From: an uncultured Clostridia bacterium
GTDB lineage: Bacteria; Bacillota; Clostridia; Oscillospirales; Ruminococcaceae
Assembly: GCA_944387995.1 (NCBI GenBank)
Contig: CALXHB010000025.1
Location: 5,458-69,457 of the forward strand
Length of the DNA stretch: 64,000 bases
Direction: 5' to 3'
Positions 8,816-17,136 of this stretch are shown here, in pieces. How positions within the stretch are numbered: the stretch's first letter is position 1; each line of letters starts with the position of its first letter. The position numbers were made by a program, and so were the translations under genes. Under the pieces are notes generated by a model. It was not told the origin of the DNA, ran no database searches, and saw only the letters and a list, made by a program, of their open reading frames with translations.

Positions 8816-9352
8816 TCAGGCAAAAATCAGCGGCAGTTCTTCCAGGAAAACGATGTCCTCCCGCTTAGCGGCATCTCCTTCCGCCAGAACCGCGCCCCGG
8901 CCGCAGATAATGCCGCCTGCTGCTTCGGTCAGTTTTTCCAAGGCTTCGAGGCTTTCGCCGGTGGAGATGACGTCATCAACAATCATTACCCGTTTGCCCC
9001 GGAGTTTTTCCACGTCTTCCCGCCCCAGTACCAGTTTCTGTTCATGCTGGGTGGTAATCGAACGGACCACCACTTCGATGGGATCGATGGTGTAAACCTT
9101 TTTTTCCTTACGGGCGATGACGTGGGGTTTGCCGGACATGGCCGACATCTCATAGGCCAGCGGAATCCCCTTGCATTCCGCTGTGAGCAGCACGTCAAAA
9201 TCGGGGCATTTGGTCAGCAGTTCCTTAGCAGTAGCTTTGGTCAGTTCGACGTCCCCCAGCATAATAAAGGCGGCGATGCTCATTGTATCGCTGATCGGGC
9301 AGATGGGAAGCTCCCGGGTAAGCCCGGCGACATGCAGCGTATAGGTTTCCAT
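8816..9352 (-). CDS. phosphoribosyltransferase family protein (adenine/xanthine PRT-like)
   Basis: 178 aa. PRPP-binding motif VMIVDDVISTGESL. Confidence 0.65.
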   Translation of the reverse strand: METYTLHVAGLTRELPICPISDTMSIAAFIMLGDVELTKATAKELLTKCPDFDVLLTAECKGIPLAYEMSAMSGKPHVIARKEKKVYTIDPIEVVVRSITTQHEQKLVLGREDVEKLRGKRVMIVDDVISTGESLEALEKLTEAAGGIICGRGAVLAEGDAAKREDIVFLEELPLIFA

Positions 9353-9375
9353 CTTTTACTCTCCTTTCACCAGAT

Positions 9376-9410
9376 AAAACCCCCGCCCGGCAACCGGGCA
9401 GGGGCTCAAA
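9376..9410 (-). terminator. intrinsic terminator after the HIT gene
   Basis: Minus strand reads CCCCTGCCCGG-TTG-CCGGGCGGGGG followed by TTTTAT. Confidence 0.7.
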
Positions 9411-9413
9411 ACA

Positions 9414-9755
9414 TTAGCCGGGAGGCCAAGCGAGACTGCGGCCCGCCAGCACATGGAAGTGCAGGTGACCCACCGTCTGTCCGCCGTCGGCGCCACAGTT
9501 GGCGACGACCCGGTAGCCGTTTTCCAGCTTCAGTTCTGAGGCGAGCTTGGCAATGACGGCGTAGATATGGCCGACCACTGCCGCATTTTCCTCGGTCACC
9601 GCGCTGGGGCCGGAAATGTGTTCCTTGGGGACCACCAGGAAATGGGTGGGAGCCTGAGGATCGATGTCGTAGAAGGCGTAGCAGAGCTCGTCTTCATAGA
9701 GCTTTTTGCTGGGGATTTCCCCGGCGATGATTTTACAGAACAGGCAATCAGACAT
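9414..9755 (-). CDS. HIT family (histidine triad) nucleotide hydrolase
   Basis: Start refined to MSDCLFCKI after an AGGAGG RBS. Histidine triad HLHFHVL. Confidence 0.85.
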   Translation of the reverse strand: MSDCLFCKIIAGEIPSKKLYEDELCYAFYDIDPQAPTHFLVVPKEHISGPSAVTEENAAVVGHIYAVIAKLASELKLENGYRVVANCGADGGQTVGHLHFHVLAGRSLAWPPG

Positions 9756-9870
9756 GCGTATTTCCTCCTTTCTCACCTTAAGCCCGCCGGTTGCCCGGAC
9801 AGGTTTACGCTATTTTATCCTGCCGCCCCTCCTTCGGTTTTGAGGGGCGGCGAGCAGACAGCGCAGCCGA

Positions 9871-12510
9871 TTAGGCCTGGACCGCCTTTTCAATCAGGCC
9901 GTCCAGCATAGCCATCGCTTCATCGACCTTAAACGGGTCGCCGATGCCGCCCTGAGCGGTGTCGGGACGTCCGCCGCCCTTGCCGCCGGTGGCGCCGCAG
10001 ACCTCTTTGATGATCTTGCCGGCGTGGAGGCCCTTCTTAACCGCTTCGGGGCCGACCATGCACAGGAACATCGGCTTTTCTTTCGAACCGCCACTGAAGA
10101 GGACGCAGGAGCAGGGGAACATATCCCGCAGCTTGTCGCCCATCATCCGCAGGTTCTCAACCGACGAACCAGGCGCAGACATATTGAAAACCGCAACGCC
10201 GTTGACCCGGCGGACATTCTGACGCATCCGCTCCAGCTGTCCTTCTGCCAGGCGGCCGTTGAGCATGACAATCTCGCGGGCGTTGTCCTTCATCTCAGCC
10301 ATCAGCTGGGTGAGACGCTGGGGCAGCTCATGGGGGGTGGACTTGACAATCGCAGCCGACTGGGCAAGGGTAGCCCGGAGCTCATCCAGCATACTTAAAG
10401 TGCCAAACCCGGTCACAGCCTCAATCCGGCGGACACCGGCGGCCACAGAGGCCTCCGAAACGACCTTGAACAGTCCCAGTTCCCCGGTGCTCTTCACATG
10501 AGTGCCGCCGCAGAGTTCCATCGAGTAATCGCCAATCTTGACCACCCGGACCCGGTCGCCGTACTTTTCGGAGAACAGAGCCATCGCGCCTTCCTTACGG
10601 GCGGTATCCAGATCTTCCTCGTAGTTCTGCACCGGGATGCATTCCATGATCTTATGGTTGATGAGCGCTTCGATCTCCTGCATCTGCTCGGGAGAAACCG
10701 GCTCAAAGTGGGTAAAGTCAAACCGGACGGCGTGTTCGTCGACCAGCTGGCCCGCCTGATGGACATGGTCCCCCAGGACTTTGCGGAGGGCAGCCTGCAG
10801 AAGGTGAGCGGCGGTGTGGTTACGCATAATCGCGTGACGGCGTTCAGCGTCCACCGAAGCGGTGACCGTTTCACCAGCCTCAATGGTCCCCTCGGAAACA
10901 AAGCCGTGATGGACAATCTGGCCGCCGGGCATCTTTTTCATCGCGGTGACCCGGATTTCACCCTTCTCGCCTTTGAGGACACCAATATCCGAAACCTGGC
11001 CGCCGGATTCGGTATAGAAGGGGGTCTCATTCAGAACAATCAGAACCTCTTCCCCTTCGGTGGCGACCTCGACCGGCTTGCCGCCGCTGAGGAGCCCCTC
11101 TACCTTTGCGGTGCAGGAGAGGGTTTCATACCCTACAAATTTGCTCTCAACTGCCGGCAGGTCCAGCTGCTCGCTGTCCCAGGAAGAGCCGCCCTTGGCC
11201 AGATAGTTCTCCCTGGAACGGGTCTTCTGCTCTTTCATGAAGGCTTCAAACCCTTCGACGTCGACAGTAAAGCCCTTTTCCGCCACGATGTCCTGGGTCA
11301 GGTCCACCGGGAATCCGTAGGTATCGTACAGACGGAAGACATCCTCGCCGCTGAGCATCTTGATCTCATCGGTGGAAGCCTTGTCGATCAGCTGCATCAG
11401 CAGTTCCAGGCCCTTGCCGATGGTCTTGTCGAAAGCTTCCTCTTCGTTGTGGATAACCTTCTTGATATAGTCGGCCTTTTCGGTCAGTTCGGGATAGGCC
11501 GAGAGGTTTTCATGGGCGACGGTGTCGACCACTTTATAAAGGAACGGCTCGTCCAGACCCAACAGCTTCCCGTGACGGGCAGCCCGACGGAGCAGACGGC
11601 GGAGGACATAGCCTCTGCCTTCGTTGGAGGGGGTGACGCCGTCCGCCAGCATAAAGGTGCAGGAGCGGATGTGGTCGGTAATAACCCGGAGGGAGACGTC
11701 GGTCTTGGGGTTCTTATGGTACTCGACCCCAGCCAGTTCGGAGATCTTCTTCATGATATTCTGGACGGTGTCGACCTCAAAGAGGTTGTCGACCCCCTGC
11801 ATAATGCAGGCAATCCGTTCCAGGCCCATGCCGGTGTCGATGTTCGGCTTTGCCATCCGTTCATAATGACCGTTGCCGTCGGAGTCAAACTGGGAGAAGA
11901 CCAGGTTCCAGAACTCTACATACCGGTCGCAGTCGCAGCCAGGCCCGCAGGTGGGCTTGCCGCAGCCATGCTCAATGCCGCGGTCAAAGTAGATTTCCGA
12001 GCAGGGGCCGCAGGGGCCGGAACCGTGCTCCCAGAAGTTGTCCTCTTTGCCCAGACGGACAATGCGGGCGGGGTCGACGCCGACTTCCTTGGTCCAGATA
12101 TCGAAGGCTTCATCGTCGTCCTGATAGATGGTGACCCAGAGTTTGTCCACCGGCATCTCCAGGACCTTGGTGATGAATTCCCAGGCCCAGGCGGTGGCTT
12201 CGTGCTTAAAGTAGTCGCCGAAGGAGAAATTGCCCAGCATCTCAAAATAGGTGCCGTGGCGGTCGGTTTTGCCGATGTGCTCAATATCCTCGGTACGGAC
12301 GCACTTCTGGCAGGTGGTCACCCGGTGACGGGGCGGGGTAGCCTGGCCCAAGAAGTACTTTTTCAGCGGGGCCATGCCCGAGTTGATAAGCAGCAGCGAG
12401 GTGTCGTCCTTCGGAGGAATCAGCGGAGCGCTGGCCATCCGCAGGTGACCTTTGCCCTCAAAGAAGGTCAGAAACTTTTCGCGCAGATCGTTTAAACTGG
12501 TCCACTGCAT
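9871..12510 (-). CDS. alaS: alanine--tRNA ligase
   Basis: 879 aa from MQWTSLNDLREKFLTFFEGKGH. Class II core, editing-domain HTAAHLL motif and a C-terminal DHHA1-like region. Confidence 0.95.
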   Translation of the reverse strand: MQWTSLNDLREKFLTFFEGKGHLRMASAPLIPPKDDTSLLLINSGMAPLKKYFLGQATPPRHRVTTCQKCVRTEDIEHIGKTDRHGTYFEMLGNFSFGDYFKHEATAWAWEFITKVLEMPVDKLWVTIYQDDDEAFDIWTKEVGVDPARIVRLGKEDNFWEHGSGPCGPCSEIYFDRGIEHGCGKPTCGPGCDCDRYVEFWNLVFSQFDSDGNGHYERMAKPNIDTGMGLERIACIMQGVDNLFEVDTVQNIMKKISELAGVEYHKNPKTDVSLRVITDHIRSCTFMLADGVTPSNEGRGYVLRRLLRRAARHGKLLGLDEPFLYKVVDTVAHENLSAYPELTEKADYIKKVIHNEEEAFDKTIGKGLELLMQLIDKASTDEIKMLSGEDVFRLYDTYGFPVDLTQDIVAEKGFTVDVEGFEAFMKEQKTRSRENYLAKGGSSWDSEQLDLPAVESKFVGYETLSCTAKVEGLLSGGKPVEVATEGEEVLIVLNETPFYTESGGQVSDIGVLKGEKGEIRVTAMKKMPGGQIVHHGFVSEGTIEAGETVTASVDAERRHAIMRNHTAAHLLQAALRKVLGDHVHQAGQLVDEHAVRFDFTHFEPVSPEQMQEIEALINHKIMECIPVQNYEEDLDTARKEGAMALFSEKYGDRVRVVKIGDYSMELCGGTHVKSTGELGLFKVVSEASVAAGVRRIEAVTGFGTLSMLDELRATLAQSAAIVKSTPHELPQRLTQLMAEMKDNAREIVMLNGRLAEGQLERMRQNVRRVNGVAVFNMSAPGSSVENLRMMGDKLRDMFPCSCVLFSGGSKEKPMFLCMVGPEAVKKGLHAGKIIKEVCGATGGKGGGRPDTAQGGIGDPFKVDEAMAMLDGLIEKAVQA

Positions 12511-12544
12511 GGATTTACAACTTCCTTTCATCAGAAAAAGACCG

Positions 12545-12800
12545 GCAAAATATAAAAGGACCCCATCCCACAAGGGACGGGATCCATTGGACCCGTGGTA
12601 CCACCCAAATGAGGAAGGAATCCCTTCCCCGCTCTATCCTCCGATAACGCAGAGGAAACGCCGCCCATTAAGCGGAGGCTCCCAGACGGCGCACAGGGAC
12701 CTTGGCAAGCGCTTTACAGAAGATTCGCTCAAGCGAAACAGCGCATTCTCTGGTGCAAAAGGGCCCTGCTGGTTCTGTTCACAGCCGGTCAGTATTTTAC
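12545..12800 (-). promoter_or_regulatory. T-box leader (tRNA-Ala-responsive) of alaS
   Basis: Minus strand carries the T-box core TTGGGTGGTACCACGGG (12592-12606). It is followed by the terminator GGATCCCGTCCC-TTGT-GGGATGGGGTCC plus TTTTAT, and an AGAGA box lies earlier in the leader. Confidence 0.8.
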
Positions 12801-12806
12801 AGGCAT

Positions 12807-12836
12807 ATTATACCCCCAAACGCCGCCCTTTGTCAA
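12807..12836 (-). promoter_or_regulatory. sigma-70-type promoter of the alaS leader
   Basis: TTGACA, 18-nt spacer, TATAAT on the minus strand. Confidence 0.55.
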
Positions 12837-13015
12837 GCGGTTTGGGAGATGGTGATGACAAGCATTAGATGGGTATTTCGCTGCCCTTAAGGCAGCGACC
12901 AGGCTCCCCGCCTGGACGGACCAAAACCCTAGCGGGTTCTGGACTCCCGATTCGCCGCGGCTTGCGTTCCTCATAGGACAATCATGCGGACTAGCTGCAA
13001 GGGGATAGCAGAGGG

Positions 13016-13354
13016 TCAGATCTCCTCCAGCAGTTCAACCCCACTGATGTTCTCAATCCGCATCAGACGCACCGTCTCCCGCTTTTTCCGGTCGGTATAC
13101 CGGATTTTGACCCATTCACCGTCGCAGTCCAGCACCATGCAGTCGATATCCGTCTTCCCGACCAGAACGACTCCCTCGTCCGATGTAATCCGGCAGTGAC
13201 GCCCCACCAGCTCTTCCATCAATTTGGACATGGCGCTCTCCCCTTTCTGTTGCAGTTCCAGCTGTTTGACCTTTTTTTCCAGCTTCCGCACCCGTCCCGG
13301 GTAGCCGCTGTAACAGAGGATCAAAACCAGCGCCAAAAGCCCGATGGCTTCCAT
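13016..13354 (-). CDS. hypothetical membrane-anchored small protein
   Basis: 112 aa. N-terminal hydrophobic helix MEAIGLLALVLILCY, then a coiled-coil-like KLEKKVKQLELQQ. No recognisable family. Confidence 0.5.
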   Translation of the reverse strand: MEAIGLLALVLILCYSGYPGRVRKLEKKVKQLELQQKGESAMSKLMEELVGRHCRITSDEGVVLVGKTDIDCMVLDCDGEWVKIRYTDRKKRETVRLMRIENISGVELLEEI

Positions 13355-13355
13355 C

Positions 13356-14525
13356 TCAATTTTCTTGCAGGCTGTTCAGCGCCTGTCTCGCCTCCTGGGC
13401 CATCGCCGCTCCGCCTTCGGGAGAGGGATGGAGGTGGTCGCCGGAGTCATAAGCCGGGAGCATATAGCCCCAGCGCTGGGGATCTTCCACCACTTTGGCA
13501 AAATCCGCCAGCCCGTCATATTCTCCCGCCGCGGCCTGCCGCCGGAGCCAGGCGTTAAAGTCCTCCCACAGCTTAAGCGTTTCGGGGCAGAAACCGCCCA
13601 TGCCGCCAAAGGGGGTAACGGTACAGACATAGACCTTGATTCCCCGGTCATGGAGGGTGTGCTGCACCCGGGAGAACCCGGCCGCGAGATCTTCCAGCGT
13701 ACACCGTTCCGAGAGGGGCGGGGCAAATTCGTTGCTGCCCGGCTGGGTGATGTCGTTAACGCCCATCGCCAGAAAGACCCCTTTCAGGCCCTGGATCGAG
13801 AGGATATCCCACTCCAGACGGGTGACAGCCGCTTCTCCAAAGAGGTTGCCCGACAGAGCGGCAAAATTTCCCGAAGTGGGCAGCAGCATCCGGTTTCCGC
13901 CGATGCCGAGGTTTAAAAGGGCAAGCTGTCCCGGGAAGGTTTCAGCGGCGTACTGGGTCAAAGGCCGGGTCCAGAAGCCCATCTCGGTGATCGAATCTCC
14001 CAACACCGCCACAGCTCCCGCGTCATCCCGACGGCAGAAGATGTCGATGGCTGTTAAAGAGGGAAGCGGCCAAGGCAGTTCAAATTCCGGGGCAATCTGC
14101 ATCAAGGCAGGGTCCGCCTCAAAGTCCGGCTGATCGGTAAAATCCCCGGGAACAGAGCGTTCCACCGGGAACACACCGCTGGCCGAATGGGGCGGAAGCG
14201 CTTCCGCCGGGAAGTAGAAAAGGACGGTCAGGGTGTCGCCTGCCTCCACCGGGAGAAAGGCCTCGTCGCTCTCAATTTTGCTGCCAGGGGCGAGCTGTAA
14301 GGTGGGCTGACCGCCAAAGGTGATTTCCGCCATTCCTTTGCCGTTCCAGACGGTCACCGGACCCAGCCGCAGCGGCGTTTCTCCGTAGAAATTACCAAAC
14401 CGCAGCCGGAAAGTGTCTCCCGAAAGGTTGACCGTTGTTTTCAGCCGCACCGTCCGGCCGGCATAACCTTCGCCATTCTTCAGCTCCCGCTGGGCAGAAG
14501 CAAATGTCGTAATCCATTTTCCCAT
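13356..14525 (-). CDS. SGNH/GDSL hydrolase with N-terminal beta-sandwich-like domain
   Basis: Block I VLGDSITE, block III GVNDI and block V DHLHPS are all visible in the translation. Confidence 0.75.
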   Translation of the reverse strand: MGKWITTFASAQRELKNGEGYAGRTVRLKTTVNLSGDTFRLRFGNFYGETPLRLGPVTVWNGKGMAEITFGGQPTLQLAPGSKIESDEAFLPVEAGDTLTVLFYFPAEALPPHSASGVFPVERSVPGDFTDQPDFEADPALMQIAPEFELPWPLPSLTAIDIFCRRDDAGAVAVLGDSITEMGFWTRPLTQYAAETFPGQLALLNLGIGGNRMLLPTSGNFAALSGNLFGEAAVTRLEWDILSIQGLKGVFLAMGVNDITQPGSNEFAPPLSERCTLEDLAAGFSRVQHTLHDRGIKVYVCTVTPFGGMGGFCPETLKLWEDFNAWLRRQAAAGEYDGLADFAKVVEDPQRWGYMLPAYDSGDHLHPSPEGGAAMAQEARQALNSLQEN

Positions 14526-14644
14526 AATGTCCTTTCCTTTCTGCCAGGGAATTTCCCGGGCTGCTAACCGCGCATTTTGTTTATATTATAGCAAAGACAG
14601 CAATTAGACGCAATGCCTCTAAATTAAGCATATGTAAAAAATGA

Positions 14645-14977
14645 TTACTCCTCCAACAGCTTCTGCTTATACGCCTTCCCCCAAGCTTCCATTGCGTCGA
14701 GAATCGGCTTCATGCTCTCCCCCAGGGGAGAAAGGGCATATTCCACCCGGGGCGGCACCTCGGGGTAAACGGTGCGGGTGATGATACCGTCCTCTTCCAT
14801 TGCCCGCAGGCTGTCGGTCAGAACCTTTTGGCTGATACCCGCTAAATCCCGGCGCAGTTCGTTAAACCGCCAGGGACGGGCACGGAGGTTGCGCAGAATC
14901 AGCAGTTTCCACTTACTGCCGATCAGCTGCACCGTCGTCGCCACCGGACAGGCCGGCATCTCTTCTTTGGTCATCAT
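14645..14977 (-). CDS. HxlR family transcriptional regulator
   Basis: Start refined to MMTKEEMPACPVATTVQLIGSKWKLLILRNL after a GGAAGGAG RBS. Classic HxlR signature with an N-terminal Cys. Confidence 0.85.
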   Translation of the reverse strand: MMTKEEMPACPVATTVQLIGSKWKLLILRNLRARPWRFNELRRDLAGISQKVLTDSLRAMEEDGIITRTVYPEVPPRVEYALSPLGESMKPILDAMEAWGKAYKQKLLEE

Positions 14978-15022
14978 ATCAGTCGCTCCTTCCAACAGTT
15001 TCAAATGGAATGTTATACTTTC

Positions 15023-15051
15023 ATTATAATGCTGCACGTCTACCCCGTCAA
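15023..15051 (-). promoter_or_regulatory. sigma-70-type promoter of the HxlR gene
   Basis: Minus strand: TTGACG, 17-nt spacer, TATAAT. Confidence 0.5.
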
Positions 15052-15113
15052 GGGAGTTACGAAAAGGTGACTCAGTAATAGATTTGTGCGTACTTTTTTT
15101 CGCCGGAAAAGAA

Positions 15114-15122
15114 TGATACAAT
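15114..15122 (+). promoter_or_regulatory. possible extended -10 promoter of the peptide/rSAM operon
   Basis: TGATACAAT with no good -35. It is followed by a 5' hairpin CAGGCGG...CCGCCTG (15130-15154) and the RBS AAAGGAGG (15164-15171). Confidence 0.35.
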
Positions 15123-15179
15123 CATCTTGCAGGCGGGAAGACATCTACCGCCTGACAAAAGATAAAGGAGGCCTATCAA

Positions 15180-15383
15180 ATGGCACTTTCCAATCTGTTC
15201 GGATGGAGCGGCCGAATGGAGTCCGCTCCCGCCTCGGCCTGCGGTTCCGCCTGCGGCGCAGCTGACAAGCCGGAAGAAAAGCCTAGCGCTTGCGGTTCCG
15301 CCTGCGGCGCGGCTGACAAACCGGAAGAAAAGCCCAGCGCTTGCGGTTCTGCCTGCGGCGCAGCTGACAAGCCCACCCGGTAA
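15180..15383 (+). CDS. Cys-rich tandem-repeat peptide, candidate RiPP precursor (ACGX-repeat-like)
   Basis: 67 aa: an 18-aa leader-like N-terminus, then 3 x SACGSACGAADKP(EEKP). Strong RBS 8 nt upstream. All inter-repeat nucleotide differences are synonymous in this frame. A radical SAM/SPASM gene follows. Confidence 0.8.
   Translation: MALSNLFGWSGRMESAPASACGSACGAADKPEEKPSACGSACGAADKPEEKPSACGSACGAADKPTR
15234..15374 (+). repeat. in-frame 51-bp tandem repeat (2.8 copies) inside the peptide gene
   Basis: Units at 15234-15284, 15285-15335 and 15336-15374. Confidence 0.95.
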
Positions 15384-15399
15384 ACGCTTCCCCTCTTCC

Positions 15400-15424
15400 G
15401 CTCCCGGCGCACCCCGCCGGGAGC
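15400..15424 (+). other. GC-rich 10-bp hairpin between the peptide and rSAM genes (possible attenuator or mRNA-stability element)
   Basis: GCTCCCGGCG-CACCC-CGCCGGGAGC. No U-tract follows, so it is not a canonical terminator. Confidence 0.4.
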
Positions 15425-15492
15425 ATCCCGTAAAAAAACCGGCAGGACCGGATTCCCATAGATATTCATTCCCACCCGAAAAGAGGTTCCCC

Positions 15493-16533
15493 ATGAAGCA
15501 ATATTTTTCTTTTCAGTGGCACATCACCGACGACTGTGACCAACGGTGCAAACACTGCTACATCTTTTCCGAAGATAACGGCAAAAAGCTGGAGGCGATG
15601 AGCTGGTCCCAGATGCAGGACACCTTTTACAACTGTCTCGACTTTTGCCGGGTATACGACCGGCTGCCGTATTTTTACATCACCGGAGGAGACCCCATCC
15701 TCCATCCGGACTTCTGGAAGCTTTTGGGGCTAATGCGGGAACACGACATTCCCTTCACCATTCTCGGCAACCCTTTCCACCTAAACGACCAGGTCTGTCA
15801 AAAATTGAAGGAGATGGGGTGTGAAAAATACCAGCTTTCCTTAGACGGGATGCGAGAAACCCACGACTGGTTCCGCAAACCCGGCAGCTTTGACATCACC
15901 CTGGAGAAGATCGGCTGTATCAACTGTGCCGGCATCCGCAGCGTCATCATGACCACCGTCTCCGGGATGAACATTGACGAAATCCCCGACATCATCGACA
16001 CTGTGGTGGCGGCGGGCGTAAACGTTTTTGCCTTTGCCCGCTACTGTCCCACCAGCGAAGAAAAGGATGTGGGTATCTCTCCGGCCCGTTACCGGGAGCT
16101 GCTGGAATGTTGTGACAAAAAGTTCCGGGCATACGAAGCCGCCGGCTGCCAGACCTATTTTAACAAAAAGGACCACCTCTGGACCCTGTACGAATACGAA
16201 ACCGGCCGTTTTCAGATTCCCGACGGGCTCAAAGAAGGGATGATCGACGGCGGATGCAACTGCGGCAACTGCCACCTGACCATCCTCCCCACCGGAGATG
16301 TCTACGCCTGCCGCCGGGTGCAGAACAGCAAGGTAGGCAACGTCCTGGAAGACCGTCTGGCGGACATCTGGGTTTGCCAGATGGAGCGCTACCGGGATTA
16401 CACCCGATTTGAAAAGTGCGCCAAATGCGAGCTGCTGCCCTTCTGCCGGGGATGTCCCGCCGTGGCCAGCGGCCGGGATGGCAATTTTTACGCCGCCGAC
16501 CCCCAGTGCTGGAAGGAGGTTGCCACCTCATGA
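15493..16533 (+). CDS. radical SAM/SPASM domain protein, candidate maturase of the adjacent peptide
   Basis: 346 aa. CDQRCKHC (CxxxCxxC) at residues 15-22. C-terminal SPASM-type Cys clusters GGCNCGNCHL...VYACR and CAKCELLPFCRGCPA. Confidence 0.85.
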   Translation: MKQYFSFQWHITDDCDQRCKHCYIFSEDNGKKLEAMSWSQMQDTFYNCLDFCRVYDRLPYFYITGGDPILHPDFWKLLGLMREHDIPFTILGNPFHLNDQVCQKLKEMGCEKYQLSLDGMRETHDWFRKPGSFDITLEKIGCINCAGIRSVIMTTVSGMNIDEIPDIIDTVVAAGVNVFAFARYCPTSEEKDVGISPARYRELLECCDKKFRAYEAAGCQTYFNKKDHLWTLYEYETGRFQIPDGLKEGMIDGGCNCGNCHLTILPTGDVYACRRVQNSKVGNVLEDRLADIWVCQMERYRDYTRFEKCAKCELLPFCRGCPAVASGRDGNFYAADPQCWKEVATS

Positions 16534-17117
16534 AGGATGTAATGGACGCGATTTTCCATCGCCGGGCCATCCGGCGTTTCAAGAACCGGCAGATTCCGGA
16601 AGAGGCGCTGGCGAAGATTCTGCAAGCCGGCCTGTACGCTCCCAGCGCTGGGGGCCGCCAGGGTCCGGTCTTTGTCGTATGCCAAGATCCTGAGGTCAAT
16701 GAAAAATTGGGGAAACTCAAACGGGCCCATTCCCATCCCCGGATGGCCACCGGTGAAAACTACGTCTCCCGCCAGCAGCCCAGCATTGCCGACGACCCCA
16801 AGCTGACCGATGCCTTTTACGGCGCACCGACAGTTATCACCCTGTTTGGGCCGAAAAACTTTCTTTTTGCCGCCGAAGACTGTGCCTGCGCCGCTGGGAA
16901 CATGATGCTGGCGGCGGACGGGCTGGGAATCGGCTCCTGTTACATCGGCCAGGGCTGGACCGCCTTCTCCTCCCCCTACGGCCAGGAGATTCTGCGCCGG
17001 TGGGGAATCCGCACCGACTATTACGCGGTGATGCAGCTGCTGTTGGGATATCCCCGGGAGGGTGACCCCCATCCCGTCCCCAAACCCCGCCGGGAAGGCA
17101 GAATTCTGCGGGTATAA
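16530..17117 (+). CDS. nitroreductase family flavoprotein
   Basis: MKDVMDAIFHRRAIRRFKNRQIPEEALAKILQAGLYAPSAGGRQ is the canonical nitroreductase N-terminus. Its ATG overlaps the rSAM stop (ATGA). Confidence 0.85.
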   Translation: MKDVMDAIFHRRAIRRFKNRQIPEEALAKILQAGLYAPSAGGRQGPVFVVCQDPEVNEKLGKLKRAHSHPRMATGENYVSRQQPSIADDPKLTDAFYGAPTVITLFGPKNFLFAAEDCACAAGNMMLAADGLGIGSCYIGQGWTAFSSPYGQEILRRWGIRTDYYAVMQLLLGYPREGDPHPVPKPRREGRILRV

Positions 17118-17136
17118 CCGAAAGGAAGGACCGAAA

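Noticed and set aside
7523-9556. Very long plus-strand ORF (677 aa). Similar long ORFs lie at 10498-12495 (665 aa), 23647-24744, 38892-39719, 43586-44728 and 59077-60027.
   Set aside because: All lie antisense to genes with clear catalytic motifs (patB/PRTase/HIT, alaS, GH32, cysS, recA, SBP). Their translations are Arg/Gly/Pro/His/Val-rich low-complexity sequence typical of shadow ORFs in GC-rich DNA, and they lack RBS context.
15234-15374. Tandem 51-bp repeats considered as a CRISPR array or non-coding minisatellite.
   Set aside because: The units are contiguous with no spacers, are in frame, and are codon-wise conserved. No cas genes are present in the window.
15072-15494. Minus-strand ORFs (140 aa and 99 aa) overlapping the repeat peptide gene, themselves showing repeated AAPQAEPQALGFSSGLS units.
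   Set aside because: Their repeats merely mirror the plus-strand repeat. They have no RBS. The inter-repeat substitutions are all synonymous in the plus frame, and the plus ORF has a strong RBS and a cognate rSAM gene.
16530-17117. Nitroreductase considered as a SagB-type azoline dehydrogenase of a thiazole/oxazole (TOMM) pathway acting on the Cys-rich peptide.
   Set aside because: No YcaO cyclodehydratase or E1-like partner is in the window. The protein is a short (195 aa) classical nitroreductase. It remains a formal possibility only if a YcaO gene acts in trans.
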